64,000 nucleotides of DNA, taken from Octopus vulgaris (lineage: Eukaryota). The stretch spans positions 3,224,001-3,288,000 of the forward strand of contig OX597843.1 of the NCBI GenBank assembly GCA_951406725.2. The letters run 5' to 3'. A program made the position numbers and the translations under genes. Of this stretch, positions 37,999 to 52,106 are shown one piece after another (within the stretch, counting starts at the first letter, position 1; every line of letters starts with the position of its first letter). Under the pieces are notes generated by a model, which was given only the letters and a program-made list of their open reading frames with translations, did not search any database and had not been told where the DNA came from.

Positions 37999-40900
37999 CA
38001 TCATCATCGTTTAACGTCCACTTTCCATGCTAGCATGGGTTGGACGGTTCAACTGGGGTCTGGCAAGCCCGAAGGCTACACCAGGCCAGTCAGATCTGGC
38101 AGTGTTTCTACAGCTGGATGCCCTTCCTAACGCCAACCACTCCGAGAGTGTAGTGGGTGATTTTATGTGCCACCGACACAGGTGCCAGACGAGGCTGGCA
38201 GACGGCCACGCTCGGATGGTGTTTTTTATGTGCCACCGACACAGGTGTCAGACGAGGCTGGCAGACGGCCACGCTCGGATGGTGTTTTTTATGTGCCACC
38301 GACCAGGTGCCAGACGAGGCTGGCAGACGGCGACGCTCGGATATGGTGTTTTTCTTATGTAATACCGACACAGGTGCCAGACGAGGCTGGTGAATGGCTA
38401 CGATCGGATGGTGTTTGTTACGTGCCCACGGCACGGAGGCCAGTCGATGCGTTACCGGCTACGGTCCCGTTCGGATGGTTTTCTTATGTGCCACCGGCAC
38501 TGGTACCACAAGGATACAAATTCCATTGATGTTCATCTATTTTGATTTGGTTTGACTTGATTCGATTTGCCTCAACAGGTCTTCACAAGTGTCACAAGCA
38601 GGAAGGTATGCACAGGTGGACTGACTATGTCCCAGGTAGGGGCCACGGGTTATGGCTTCACTAGTCTTGCCGGGTCTTCTCACGCACAGCATACTTCCAT
38701 AGGTCTCGGTCTCTAGTCATTTCCATGGTGAGACCTAACGTTCAAAGGTCGTGCTTCACCACCTCGTCCCAGGTTTTCCTGGGTCTACCTCTTCCACGGT
38801 TTCCCTCAACTGCTAGGGATTGGCACTTTCTCACACACCTATCTTCATCCATTCTCGCCACATGACCATACCAGCGCAATCGTCTCTCTTGCATGCAACA
38901 ACTGATGCTTCTTAGGTACAACATTTCTCTCAGGGAACTAACGCTCTGTCGAGTAAGTACACTGACATTACACATCCATCGGAGCATACTGGCTTCATTC
39001 CTCATGAGCTTACGCATGTCCTCAGCAGTCACGGCCCATGTTTCACTGCCATGTAGCATGGCAGTTCGAACACATGCATCATACAGTCTGCCCTTTACTC
39101 TGAGCGAGAGGCCTTTAGTCACCAGCAGAGGTAAGAGCTCCCTAAACTTTGCCCAGGCTATTCTTATTCTAGCAGTTACACTCTCAGCACACCCACCCCC
39201 ACTACTGACTTGGTCACCTAGATAACGGAAGCTATCAACTACTTCTAATTTTTTCCCCTGGAAAGTGACGGAAGTTGTTTTCTGCAGATTTTCGGAGGTC
39301 AATGCTCCCGAGCATCTGCCACATACAAAAACTATCTTCCCAGTTAGCCTACCTTTGACATTGCTGCACCTCTTATGTGTCCATAGCTTACACTGGGTAC
39401 ATCTTATAGAGTTTCTACCTACACCTTTTCTACAGATCGAGCAGGGCCATCTTCCTGAGGACATTTGTGGATTGCCTACCTTTCTACTTATTAGTACTTT
39501 GGTTTTAGCTAGGTTGACTCTAAGGCCCCTCGATTCTAAACCCTCCTTCCACACCTGGAACTTCTCCTCCAGTTCTGATAGTGACTCAGCAATTAGAGCG
39601 AGGTCGTCAGCATAGAGGAGCTCCCAGGGGCAACCTGTCTTGAATTCCTCTGTTATTGCCTGGAGGACTATGATAAATAGGAGGGGGCTTAGTACTGAAC
39701 CCTGGTGGACCCCAACCTCTACTTTGAATTCTTCTGTGAACATGTTGCCAACCCTAACCTTGCTTACGGCATCTCTGTACATGGCTTGCACAGCCCTCAC
39801 CAGCCATTCATCTATCCCTAGTTTCCTCATTGACCACCAGATGAGGGATCGGGGGACCCTATCAAAGGCTTTCTCCATGTCAATGAAAGCCAGGTATAGG
39901 GGCTTATCTTTGGCTAGGTATTTCTCCTGCAGCTGCCTTACCAGGAATATAGCATCAGTGGTGCTTTTCCCTGGCACAAACCCAAACTGCATCTCATCTA
40001 AACTAACTCTCTCTCTAATTAGTTGGGCTATGACCCTCTCCGTAACCTTCATTACCTGATTCAACAGCTTGATACTTCTGTAATTATTTGTATCTAGGGC
40101 ATCACCTTTACCTTTGTAGCAGTTGACTAGTACGCTGCTACACCAGTCATTGGGTATGACTCCTTCGTGTATCACCTGGTTGACTATACGGGTGACTAGG
40201 TTATAGCCGACACTGCCAGATATTTTGAGCATCTCTGCAGTAATTCCTGATGGGCCTGGGGCTTTCCCTGTCTTCATGCTTCTAATTTCCTTAGCTACCA
40301 CGGAACTATCAACTCGGATAGCTGGTCCCTCTGTTGGGTCAACATTCGGCAAACTCTCTTTATCCCATTCATTTTCTTTATTCAGCAACCTTTCATAGTG
40401 GCATCTCCAAACCTCTCTCTTTGCATCCTCATTTAGCGCAAGTGAACCATCATCCATGCGAACACACTTCTCTCCTACCACATCACGATTCTCTCTCACA
40501 CACTGTCTTGCAACACGAAATACCTCAAGTCTTTCATCCTCACGGCGCAGAACATTGGCAAATTTTTTCTTATCCGCTTCCCCTCTGGCTAAATAAACCT
40601 GTCTCCTAGCTTCCCTTCTGGCTGTCTGATACAATTCCCTGCTACCACCGTTCTTCCAGTCCTTCCAAGCCTGTCTCTTTTGTCTAATAGCCCTGTCAAC
40701 CACAGTGTTCTGCCACCATGTTACTCTGGGTTGAGATGGTACTTTGCTCCATCCACAGATCTGGTCAGTGGCTGTCAGCAGATTGTCCCGTAGAAATCTC
40801 CAGTTGTCTTCCACATTAAGTGAAGCTATATCCCCTTCTATTTCGTCAAAGGCTTCGAGTAGTATGTCTCTAAATCTCTGTCCATTTGCAGGATCTTTAA

Positions 40901-42262
40901 GCTTCCAGACCCTTCTCCTCCAAGCAGGTCTTCTTCTGGGCAACCATTTAGCTCTGATCCTGAAGTCGCTAACTACTAATCTATGTTGAGGAGTGCATTC
41001 TTCGCCTGGAAAGGTTTTGGCATTTATAATCAGCCCTCTTTCCCTTTTTCTGGCAAGGATGTAGTCAATCTGGCTGGTGTGTCTGCCAGAACGGTAGGTG
41101 ACTAGGTGAGAGGAGAGTTTCCTGAAGTTGGTATTGCAGACCATAAGGTCATTTGCATCGCAGCCTGGTTCCCTCCTCATTACGAGAGCCGAAACCGTAG
41201 CCTCCATGGACGCCATGGAAGCCCCCGACATGCCGTCCGACATGTCCATTGAAATCACCTGCCACGAAGAGAAGGTCACTGTCATTTGTCAACGAGGTAG
41301 TTCGCAATAGGGTGTCATAGAATTGGTCTTTTTGTCCTTCCGGTAGCCCTGGTTGAGGGGCATATGCCGAGATGATGGTAACTGTCCTGTGGTGAAGGAC
41401 TAATCTAATTTTAATTACTCTGTCACTTACTCTGACTACCTCAATTACCTTACCTACCCATTTCTCTGCAAGAAGTATACCAACGCCCCCGACCCCGTCA
41501 GTGTTCCCTGCCCAGAAAATCTTGTACCTGTGTTCCTTGCCTGTGAGGAGCCTAGCGGAACCTCCTCTCCACCTTACTTCCTGGATACAACATAAATCCA
41601 CAAGTCTCTGTTCAAGCAGCTCTACAATCTCTCCAGACCTACCTTTCAATGTGCCAACTCTGGGGGTGTGGGAGGTGTGGGCATCTGAGACCCTGGGATG
41701 AGGGACAGCCGTGTCATGTACCTGAAAAGAAAGCTTGCATTTGGCAGATTTCATATGGAAACACTAGACTACAACCTGCATACATTTCACATATATTGCG
41801 CTATATGATCAGATAAACCCTACATAGGTGCTAGTGGGGGGGGTAGTTAGGTAAGACAGGGGTAGAACTTCCGGTATTTTGGTAGAAACTTCCGGTATTG
41901 GTGGAGGGGGTGGGAGGGCGTGCGAGAACATAGAGGCAACTAGTTTGAATATTATATTTAGGGGAAAATAATAAGATAAATGAAAGAGAGCCAGATAGAG
42001 AATGAAAATAAATAATAAATACGGTATGGTAATGATACGAGGGGGCAATATTTTGAGGGATAATGGAATAAACAACGAAGATGGCACTGAAAGAAACGGT
42101 AAACTTTAAAAGAATGCATTGAAGACGCTATGTTTTAGCGAAGGGAAACGAAAGGGGAACAGATTAAGGTTATCTAAACAAACGCTTAAAAATATGAAAG
42201 TAGCAGTTGAGGTTTAAAGTCTTAACTGGCCATTTTGAAAATCCGTCTTTTCTCTGGAGGCG
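37999..42262 (-). mobile_element. Apparently full-length RTE-clade LINE, inactivated
   Basis: APE endonuclease (IQEVRW, GDFNGH, IDYIL), RT (KAFDRV, GVHQGSVLSPLLF, YADD), (ATG)n tail; whole span absent from other units; AAAT on both flanks. Confidence 0.92.
38742..41754 (-). pseudogene. RTE ORF (endonuclease + RT + PHD-like finger), frameshifted near 41160
   Basis: ORFs 41149-41754 and 38742-41285 overlap at NEEGTRL/CDANDL; stop after KHDL where other copies continue KHDLRTLGLTEEM. Confidence 0.88.
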
Positions 42263-44276
42263 AAATGCATATATATATTTATATATATATATATATACAT
42301 ACATATATAATTATATATATATATATATACATACATGCATGTATATATGTACATACATATATATATATACACACACACACATACATACATATATATATAT
42401 GTACACACACACATATACATACACATACATACATTCATATATATATATATACATATATAATTATATATATCTATATATATATACATACATGCATGTATAT
42501 ATATACATACATATATATATATATGTATAAATACATATATATATATATATACTAGCAGTATAACCCAGTTTTGCCCGGCATCAAGTTAGGATTATTAAGC
42601 TAAAGAAGTTCTTTATTTCAAATCAAACAGAATATATTCCTTGCCACCGGTACAAAACTCACCGACAAACTGCCGCCAAGCAGCTCGAGAAATTCCGTTC
42701 GTCTCGTCAAAAGCCAGCACACCAAACTGACCGACGCATGCGCGGGAAGCAAGCTTCTTACCCTGCAGCCATGCCTGCACCTATGGTAGAATTCTTCAGA
42801 AATCCTACAGGATTGGCTGTGTGGTAAGTAGCTTGCTAACCAACCACACGGTTCCGGGTTCGGTCCCACTGCGTGGCATCTTGGGCAAGTGTCTTCTGCT
42901 ATAGCCCAGGGCTGACCAATGCCTTGTGAGTGGATTTGGTAGACGGAAACTGAAAGAAGCCTGTCCCCCTAGCATTGCTTGACAACCGATGCTGGTGTGT
43001 TTACGTCCCCGTCACTTAGGGGTTTGACAAAAGTGACCGATAGAATAAGTACTGGGCTTAAAAAGAATAAGTCCCGAGGTCGATTTGCTCGACTAAAGGC
43101 GGTGCTCCAGCATGGCCGCAGTCAAATGACTGAAACAAGTCAAAGAGTAAAGAGTCAGAGTATCTAACCTTCCAGCAGTGTATAAACAGAACATCAGGAC
43201 ATCTATTTCTTTGGCTTCATTTAAATTTTACTTCCAGATTGATTCAATTATGAAACTGCCAAGGAATTTTCAATTTGTCAACTACTGTCAAATTTGTATT
43301 ATTCCTACCGCTCTATGTCACGCTAGTGAGACCCATATAGTGGAGTACGGGATTCAAGCCTCTTCTCCTTATCTCCTCAAAGAGATACAGCATCTCGAAA
43401 GAGTCCAGAAGTTGGCTACCCGCATGGTTCTTGGTCTCAAGAATTTGTCTTATGAAGAAAGGCTGACGACGCTCAACCTTTATTCTCTAGAAAAACGACG
43501 ATGCCGTGGTGATCTCATTCTTGCTCACAACATCATAAGCAGCAAGTGTAACCTCTCAAAAGAGCTGTTCTTCACTCCTGCTCCAGAGCGTTGGCTGCGG
43601 GGTCACTCTGAAAAGCTCTATCTGCCACGATTTCATCTCAATCGAAGGAGAGGGGCTTTCCCTGTCCGGGTTGCGGCTCCGTGGGATAAGCTGCCGGACG
43701 AGATGGTGAAGATGCCGACGACCGCTCGGTTCAAAGTCTCCCTTGACCACAAGTGGCCTGAACTCTTTACATGAACACCACCCTGTACATGACTCCATGT
43801 CCCCCTACATGGCCTTGCTTTTTGCTTTTTGAGCCAAAAAATTAACTAACTAACTAACCTTAAATTTCCATGTCTCCTCCCTGATTGATGCAGTTTCTCT
43901 GATATTTCAGATAACAAGAAGACATTGGCAGCAAAGAATACTTCAGTGGTCAGAATCGACGTTTGCCATCTTTCAAAGATTAAAGGAGAACATCACAGGG
44001 AACAGATATCACACGGAATATGTAAACACATGGTGGAATTACTGTGGAATATTTCTTCCGAGTAAGACTGTTAGCGAAATATCTCTACTTCTTCACTGTC
44101 TGGAATGTTTTGAAGATGATATGGTATTCTAATTAAACTTGGATGACAAAGGAGTTTGAGGCATCTTCAGATAACAGAAGATTCAGGAAATATAAAGAGA
44201 ATAAGTATTTGTTAATGAAAACAAAATTTAGTTCGGAAAAAGTAAAATATCTGAACATTGTAGTAAGAGGAAGAAA

Positions 44277-46811
44277 ATGATAGAAAACGAATTCTGTGAA
44301 GGCGGCAGTGTTAAATGTAAATCAGAGTTTGACAATAATGATTTTCTTGATGAGAAACCAAAAGACAGAGGGCAAAAACCCTATTCTTGTGATATATGTA
44401 AAATGTCATTCTCTCAAAAAGGTAAACTCATTGTTCACAAACGTATTCATACAGGAGAGAAACCATTTGACTGTAACGTTTGTGGCAAATCACTCACTTG
44501 TAGCAGTGACTTAACCAAACACATACGGATTCATACAGGAGAGAAGCCATATCATTGCAATATCTGTGATAAGTCATTCTCTCAACGTGATCACTTAACT
44601 AAACATAAACGTATTCATACGGGAGAGAAGCCATATCACTGTGATATCTGTGATAAGTCATTCTCTCAACGTGATCACTTAACAAAACACAGACCTGTTC
44701 ATACAGGAGAGAAGACATATCACTGTGAGATCTGTGGTAAATCATTCTCTCTAAGTCATAACCTAGCTAATCACAGACGTGTTCATACAGGAGAGAAGCC
44801 ATATCAGTGTGATATCTGTGGTAAATCATTCTCTAAAAATGATCACTTAACTACACACAAACGTATTCATACAGGAGAGAAACCCTATCACTGTGAGATC
44901 TGTGGTCAATCATTCTCTGTGAGCAGTACTCTAATTACACACAAACGTATTCATACAGGAGAAAAGCCATATCAGTGTGATATCTGTGGTAAATCATTCT
45001 CTCAAAACCCTACCTTAACTATACACAAACGTGTTCATACAGGAGAGAAGCCATATCAGTGTGATATCTGTGGTAAATCATTCTCTGAACAAAAACATGT
45101 AACTAGACACAAACGTATTCATACAGGAGAGAAACCGTATCACTGTGAGATCTGTGGTCAATCATTCTCTATGAACAGTAGCTTAATTACACACAAACAT
45201 ATTCATACAGGAGAGAAACCCTATCAGTGTGATATTTGTGGTCAATCATTCTCTGTGACCAGTAGCTTAAATACACACAAACGCATTCATACAGGAGAGA
45301 AGCCATATCAGTGTGATATCTGTGGTATATCATTCTCTCTAAGGCATGAATTAACTAGACACAAACGCATTCATACAGGAGAGAAGCCACATCACTGCGA
45401 TATCTGTGGTAAATCATTCTTTGAAGAAAATAAACTATCTATGCACAAACGTGTTCACACAGGAGAGAAACCCTATCACTGTGAAATCTGTGGTAAATCG
45501 TTCGCTTTGACCAGTAGCTTATCTAAACACAAACGTGTTCATACAGGAGAGAAGCCATATCAGTGTGAGATCTGTGGTAAATCTTTCTCTCGAAGTGACA
45601 ACTTAGCTAATCACAGACGTGTTCATACAGGAGAGAAGCCGTATCATTGTGATATCTGTGGTAAAACATTCTCTGACGGAAATCAACTATCTATACACAA
45701 ATTCACTCACACAGGAGAGAAACCCTATCACTGTGAGATCTGTGGTAAATTATTTACGCAGAAATGTAAATTAATTACACACAAACGTATTCATACGGGA
45801 GAGAAGCCATATCGGTGTGATATCTGTGGTAAATCATTCTCTGTTGGCAGTAGCTTAACTAGACACAAACCTGTTCATATAGGAGAGAGGAAATTTGACT
45901 GTGATATCTGTGATAAATCATTCTCTATGAACAGTAGCTTAATTACACACAAACATATTCATACAGGAGAGAGGAAATTTGACTGTGATATCTGTGATAA
46001 ATCATTCTCTATGAACAGTAGCTTAAATACACACAAACGCATTCATACAGGAGAGAAGCCATATCAGTGTGATATCTGTGGTATATCATTCTCTCTAAGG
46101 CATGAATTAACTAGACACAAACGCATTCATACAGGAGAGAAGCCACATCACTGCGATATCTGTGGTAAATCATTCTTTGAAGAAAATAAACTATCTATGC
46201 ACAAACGTGTTCACACAGGAGAGAAACCCTATCACTGTGAAATCTGTGGTAAATCGTTCGCTTTGACCAGTAGCTTATCTAAACACAAACGTGTTCATAC
46301 AGGAGAGAAGCCATATCAGTGTGAGATCTGTGGTAAATCATTCTCTCGAAGTGATAACTTAGCTAATCACAGACGTGTTCATACAGGAGAGAAGCCGTAT
46401 CATTGTGATATCTGTGGTAAAACATTCTCTGACGGAAATCAACTATCTATACACAAATTCACTCACACAGGAGAGAAACCCTATCACTGTGAGATCTGTG
46501 GTAAATTATTTACGCAGAAATGTAAATTAATTACACACAAACGTATTCATACGGGAGAGAAGCCATATCGGTGTGATATCTGTGGTAAATCATTCTCTGT
46601 TGGCAGTAGCTTAACTAGACATAAACTTGTTCATATTGTAGAGAGGACATTCCACTGTGACATTTGTGGTAAATCATTTACTCGGAAAGATACTCTAATT
46701 ATGCACAAACGTGTTCATACAGGAGAGAAGCCATATCACTGTGAGATCTGTGGTAAATCATTTTCTATAAAACATAGCTTGGCTAGACACAAACTTACAC
46801 ATACGGGATAA
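44277..46811 (+). CDS. Poly-C2H2 zinc-finger protein, 844 aa, 29 fingers (ZNF unit 5)
   Basis: Unit-2-like array plus an internal 9-finger (252 aa) duplication. Confidence 0.95.
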   Translation: MIENEFCEGGSVKCKSEFDNNDFLDEKPKDRGQKPYSCDICKMSFSQKGKLIVHKRIHTGEKPFDCNVCGKSLTCSSDLTKHIRIHTGEKPYHCNICDKSFSQRDHLTKHKRIHTGEKPYHCDICDKSFSQRDHLTKHRPVHTGEKTYHCEICGKSFSLSHNLANHRRVHTGEKPYQCDICGKSFSKNDHLTTHKRIHTGEKPYHCEICGQSFSVSSTLITHKRIHTGEKPYQCDICGKSFSQNPTLTIHKRVHTGEKPYQCDICGKSFSEQKHVTRHKRIHTGEKPYHCEICGQSFSMNSSLITHKHIHTGEKPYQCDICGQSFSVTSSLNTHKRIHTGEKPYQCDICGISFSLRHELTRHKRIHTGEKPHHCDICGKSFFEENKLSMHKRVHTGEKPYHCEICGKSFALTSSLSKHKRVHTGEKPYQCEICGKSFSRSDNLANHRRVHTGEKPYHCDICGKTFSDGNQLSIHKFTHTGEKPYHCEICGKLFTQKCKLITHKRIHTGEKPYRCDICGKSFSVGSSLTRHKPVHIGERKFDCDICDKSFSMNSSLITHKHIHTGERKFDCDICDKSFSMNSSLNTHKRIHTGEKPYQCDICGISFSLRHELTRHKRIHTGEKPHHCDICGKSFFEENKLSMHKRVHTGEKPYHCEICGKSFALTSSLSKHKRVHTGEKPYQCEICGKSFSRSDNLANHRRVHTGEKPYHCDICGKTFSDGNQLSIHKFTHTGEKPYHCEICGKLFTQKCKLITHKRIHTGEKPYRCDICGKSFSVGSSLTRHKLVHIVERTFHCDICGKSFTRKDTLIMHKRVHTGEKPYHCEICGKSFSIKHSLARHKLTHTG

Positions 46812-47025
46812 AAGCCATATCACTGTGATAAATCATTCTCTCAAAATAATCAGCTAACTAAACACAAATCCATTCTTGCGGGTGAAAAATCTATAATACA
46901 TCCTTCTATGAAAATGGTAACTTAACTATACATAAGTAAATTCTTGCATGGGAGAAGCCATATCACTGCGATATCTGTGATAAATCATTCCCCAAAAAGA
47001 CAATTCATTACAAAAGTAATGTGTT

Positions 47026-47530
47026 TGTAAAGGGAACTGGTTGCTTCTGTACATTTTTGGGGTGCAACCCAATTTCCTTTCTTTTTGTTTCTAGAAACTA
47101 CCAGTCAGGAACGAAACACAAGTTTAAAAATATATACAATTCTTTATTCTCTTGGTTCAACAATGAAACACGATGGTATACTGGTATCCACCTTGTTCAA
47201 CACAGCAAGGCTGAATTCTATCGTTTGTAAGCTTCTTACAATAATTCTGCAGCAATAGAACAGGTGAAATCCTAAGCGTCTGGGACAGGAGAATAGGCTG
47301 ATCACACGTTTAAAATACGTCCTTTCTCTTCTATCGCTGTGTCTCAAGTCCCCGACGCTATTAAGGAACGCGATAGAATTTCTTCTTCAGTCTCTAGCGC
47401 ATGTGCATGGGGGAACTTCCTTATGCCTTTCCAGAAGATTCCAATCCCGCACACTGAAGAAGGACGTTCCGCACACGCACAGTGTAGAATGACGTTGCGT
47501 GTGCGCACACTGGAATATGACGTCACTACA
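47026..47530 (-). mobile_element. Solo LTR at the homologous site in ZNF unit 5
   Basis: Same termini and TGTT TSD; ~50 bp longer than the unit-2 copy. Confidence 0.8.
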
Positions 47531-48836
47531 TGTTCATACAAGTGAGTAATTGTATCTGTATCATAATTCTTTCTATGAAGGTAATATCTTCTATAAGATT
47601 ATCTTAGGAATAATAAAACACAACACACGTCCTGTTTGTGTCGCTAGTAGAATAAGACTACCGCAACGAAAAAGAGAGTGCCTGATTAAATGCAGGTGAA
47701 ATGTTGTAAAAAGTTTTGCTCTGACATTGCTGGTATTTTAATCCTAATAAAACTACACCTGAACGTGTATTTAGTTTATCACTTTCACACACACAAATAT
47801 ATATAAAATAATGCCTTGATATGGGAGTTCACAGGGTCCGCTTGTAAACCGGAAACTTGTAAAACAGAACAATAATCTCCCATAGGAGCAGTGTTTCACA
47901 GAGTCTGCTTATAAACTGGAAACTTGTAAAACAGAACAATAATCTCCCATAGGAGCAGTGTTTCAAAGAGTCTGCTTGTAAATCGGAAATTTGTAAAACA
48001 GAACAATAATCTCCCATAGGGGGCTGGCAACGGCCACGATTGGATTCGTGCATTTTATGTGCCACCGGCACGGAAGCCAGTTGAGGCGCCACTGGCATCG
48101 GACATGATTCGGATGGTGCTTTTTACGTGCCACCAGTCCAGGGGTCCTGGCAATTGGTTCCCAGAAAAATATTCTACCTGTAAAATTTATGATACTCATA
48201 AATAAATGGCAATAAAACAACAGGAGAATGTAAAAAATATTTTTTGTAAAATAAAAAGAATGTCAAGATCATTTATAATAAAAATTATTATTATTATTAT
48301 TATTATGGTTTTCTGAATTACTTTCATTTTCACTGGACTTAAACACACCATCACTTGTAGACACAATCACCAATTCACAAGCACTCATGGACAGACCTGT
48401 AGATCTCTTTTTAAAAAACAAGTCTAGAGTTTTTGCCCTCTATAAATTTCTTGGTAATACGCAGAAGCATTTGTTATGGTAGTAGAAACTTTTGGAATTC
48501 ATTCAATATATGGATGTTGTGCTTGAAAGATTTCAGCTCATCATAGAAAAGTGAGGTGAAAAAAAACTTGTAAACCCAGGGTCTCGTAGAGCAGGTTCTC
48601 GTAAGGTGAGGTATTACTCTTTTAGTCTTTTACTTGTTTCAGTCATTTGACTCCGGCCATGCTGGAGCACCGCTTTTAGTCGAGCAAATCGACCCCGGGA
48701 CTTATTCTTTGTAAGCCCAGTACTTATTCTATCGGTCTCTTTTGCCGAACCGCTAAGTTACGGGGACGTAAACACACCAGCATCGGTTGTCAAGCAATGC
48801 TAGGGGGATAAACACAGACACACAAACACACACATG

Positions 48837-48890
<54 letters not shown>

Positions 48891-49112
48891 TACGACAGGC
48901 TTCTTTCAGTTTCCGTCTACCAAATTCACTCACAAGGCTTTGGTCGGCCCGAGGCTATAGTAGAAGTCACTTGCCCAAGGTGCCACGCAGTGGGACTGAA
49001 CCCGGAACCATGTGGTTGGTAAACAAGCTACTTACCACACAGCCACTCCTGCGCCTTCTTGTGAAAAACATCAAACTTGTATTTTATTCCATCACTATCT
49101 TCATCCATTCTC

Positions 49113-49817
49113 ATCATGTGGTGAGAATGGATGAAGATAGATGTGTGAAAAAGTGCCACACCCTAGTGGCTGAGGGAACCTGTAGAAGACGTAGACCTAG
49201 AAAACCCTGGGACAAGGTGGTGAAGCACGACCTTCGAACTTTAGGTCTCACCGAGGAAATGACTAGAGACCGAGAACTTTGGAAGTATGCTGTGCGTGAG
49301 AAGACCCGGCAGGACAAGTGAGACCATAACCCGTGGCCTCTACCTGGGACGTAGCCAGTCCACTTATGCTTACCTTTCCTTCTTGGGACACAAAACTCTA
49401 CTTGTGAAGACCTGTTGAGGCAAGTGAAAATCAAAATCAATATCGATGGAAATTGTAGCTGTGATACCAGTGCCGGGAACCATCCGAACGTGGCCATTGC
49501 CAGTGCCGCCCCGAATGGCCTCCGTGCTGGTGGCACGTAAAAGGCACCATCCGATCGTGGCCGTTACCAGCCTCGCCTGACCTCCATGCCGGTGGCACGT
49601 TAAAAGCATCATCCGATTGTGGCCATTTTCCAGCCTCGCATGGCACGTAAAAAGCACCCACTACACTCACGGAGTGGTTGGCGTTAGGAAGGGTATCCAG
49701 CAGGAGAAACACCGCCAGATCTGACTGGCCTGGTGCAGCCTTCTGGCTTCCCAGACCCAAGTTGAACCGCCCAACCTATGCTAGCATGGAAAGTGGACGC
49801 TAAACGATGATGATGAT
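49113..49817 (+). mobile_element. RTE 3' fragment
   Basis: HVVRMDEDRCVKKCHTL...KYAVREKTRQDK* then 3' UTR and (GAT)n tail. Confidence 0.88.
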
Positions 49818-49934
49818 TTGTGGAGCTTGTTGTTGTAACACTCACAGCTTCAAGAGTTTGGTATCATGTGCTGTGAGATTTTTTTTTATATTTGCTGTGT
49901 AATAATGCATCTTATGAGATTTCTTTCACACACT

Positions 49935-52106
49935 GACAGATAAGAAAGCTGAGGGTGTCTTGACATCACTCACCAAGTCCTTTGTGAGCCGCTCTCCGGC
50001 TATCTATCTGTGGCTTTATATAGCTATGGTGCGACCTCACCTGGAATTTGCATCACCAGTCTGGAACCCCTACCTAGCCCAGGATATCAATCGTCTGGAA
50101 GCCGTTCAGTGATGTGCAACCAAGAGAATACCCCCCCCATCAGGCATTTGCCATATCCTGAACGCCTTACTTCCCTGGGCATGGACACATTGAAACTCCG
50201 ATGTCTGGCAGCTGATTTGGCAGACACCCATAAAATTATTAACCATCTTACTAACAATAACTCTGAGTACCTTTTCAAACTCCACCCGTCTAACACTCGA
50301 GGACATGTTTACAAAGTCAGAAAACAGCACAGCTCCTTCCATGACTTTCGGAAATATTTTTCCACGCTAAGAATTGCCGAAGCATGGAACAAACTGCCGG
50401 CATCGGTTGTTAGTTGTTGGAGCACTGCATCCTTCAAAACTTCCATGCTTCCTGAGATTCGCCAACACTACACCTGATCTTCTCCCCTCCATACACACAC
50501 TGAAGCATGGAACAAACTGCCAGCATCGGTTGTTAGTTGTTGGAGCACTGCATCCTTCAAAACTTCCATGCTTCCTGAGATTCGCCAACACTACACCTGA
50601 TCTTCTCCCCTCCATACACACGCTGAAGCATGGAACAAACTGCCGGCATCAGTTGTTCGTTGTCGGAGCACTGCATCCTTCAAAACTTCCATGCTTTCTG
50701 AGATTCGCCAACACTACACCTAATCTTCTCCCCTCCATACATACACTGAAGCATGGAACAAACTGCCGGCATCAGTTGTTAGTTGTTGGAGCACTGCATC
50801 CTTCAAAACTTCCATGCTTCCTGAGATTCGCCAACACTACACCTGATCTTCTCCCCTCCATACACACACTGAAGCATGGAACAAACTGCCAGCATCGGTT
50901 GTTAGTTGTTGGAGCACTGCATCCTTCAAAACTTCCATGCTTCCTGAGATTCGCCAACACTACACCTGATCTTCTCCCCTCCATACACACGCTGAAGCAT
51001 GGAACAAACTGCCGGCATCAGTTGTTAGTTGTCGGAGCACTGCATCCTTCAAAACTTCCATGCTTTCTGAGATTCGCCAACACTACACCTGATCTTCTCC
51101 CTCCATACACACAGTGAAGCATGGAACAAACTGCCGGCATCAGTTGTTAGTTGTCGGAGCACTGCATCCTTCAAAACTTCCATGCTTCCTGAGATTCGCC
51201 AACACTACACCTGATCTTCTCCCCTCCATACACACGCTGAAGCATGGAACAAACTGCCGGCATCAGTTGTTCGTTGTCGGAGCACTGCATCCTTCAAAAC
51301 TTCCATGCTTCCTGAGATTCGCCAACACTACACCTGATCTTCTCCCCTCCATACACACGCTGAAGCATGGAACAAACTGCCGGCATCAGTTGTTAGTTGT
51401 CGGAGCACTGCATCCTTCAAAACTTCCATGCTTCCTGAGATTCGCCAACACTACACCTGATCTTCTCCCCTCCATACATACACTGAAGCATGGAACAAAC
51501 TGCCAGCATCGGTTGTTAGTTGTTGGAGCACTGCATCCTTCAAAACTTCCATGCTTCCTGAGATTCGCCAACACTACACCTGATCTTCTCCCCTCCATAC
51601 ACACACTGAAGCATGGAACAAACTGCCGGCATCAGTTGTTAGTTGTCGGAGCACTGCATCCTTCAAAACTTCCATGCTTCCTGAGATTCGCCAACACTAC
51701 ACCTGATCTTCTCCCCTCCATACACACACTGAAGCATGGAACAAACTGCCGGCATCAGTTGTTAGTTGTCGGAGCACTGCATCCTTCAAAACTTCCATGC
51801 TTCCTGAGATTCGCCAACACTACACCTGATCTTCTCCCCTCCATACACACGCTGAAGCATGGAACAAACTGCCGGCATCAGTTGTTAGTTGTCGGAGCAC
51901 TGCATCCTTCAAAACTTCCATGCCTCCTGAGATTCGCCAACACTACACCTGATTGTCTCCCCTCCATAAACACACAAGCATGTATCTGACTCATGCATTG
52001 TTCACTTCCCAGACATTTGTACATTACTGCATATACTCTATACACACTTTGGACAAGTTGTGGGGCACCTGAGCACTGTATACAATAATTTCATTATTAT
52101 TATTAT
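49935..52106 (+). mobile_element. CR1-clade LINE 3' fragment with internal tandem amplification
   Basis: LPYPERL..LG..TL..NTRGH.YK..AEAWNKLPASVV..FK; (ATT)n tail near 52093-52106. Confidence 0.82.
50379..51975. repeat. 123-bp tandem repeat, 13 copies
   Basis: gaagcatggaacaaactgcc at 50379, 50502, 50625 ... 51854 (one copy 122 bp). Confidence 0.96.

Noticed and set aside
38893-40059. + strand ORFs within the RTE
   Set aside because: Antisense shadows of the RT coding frame.
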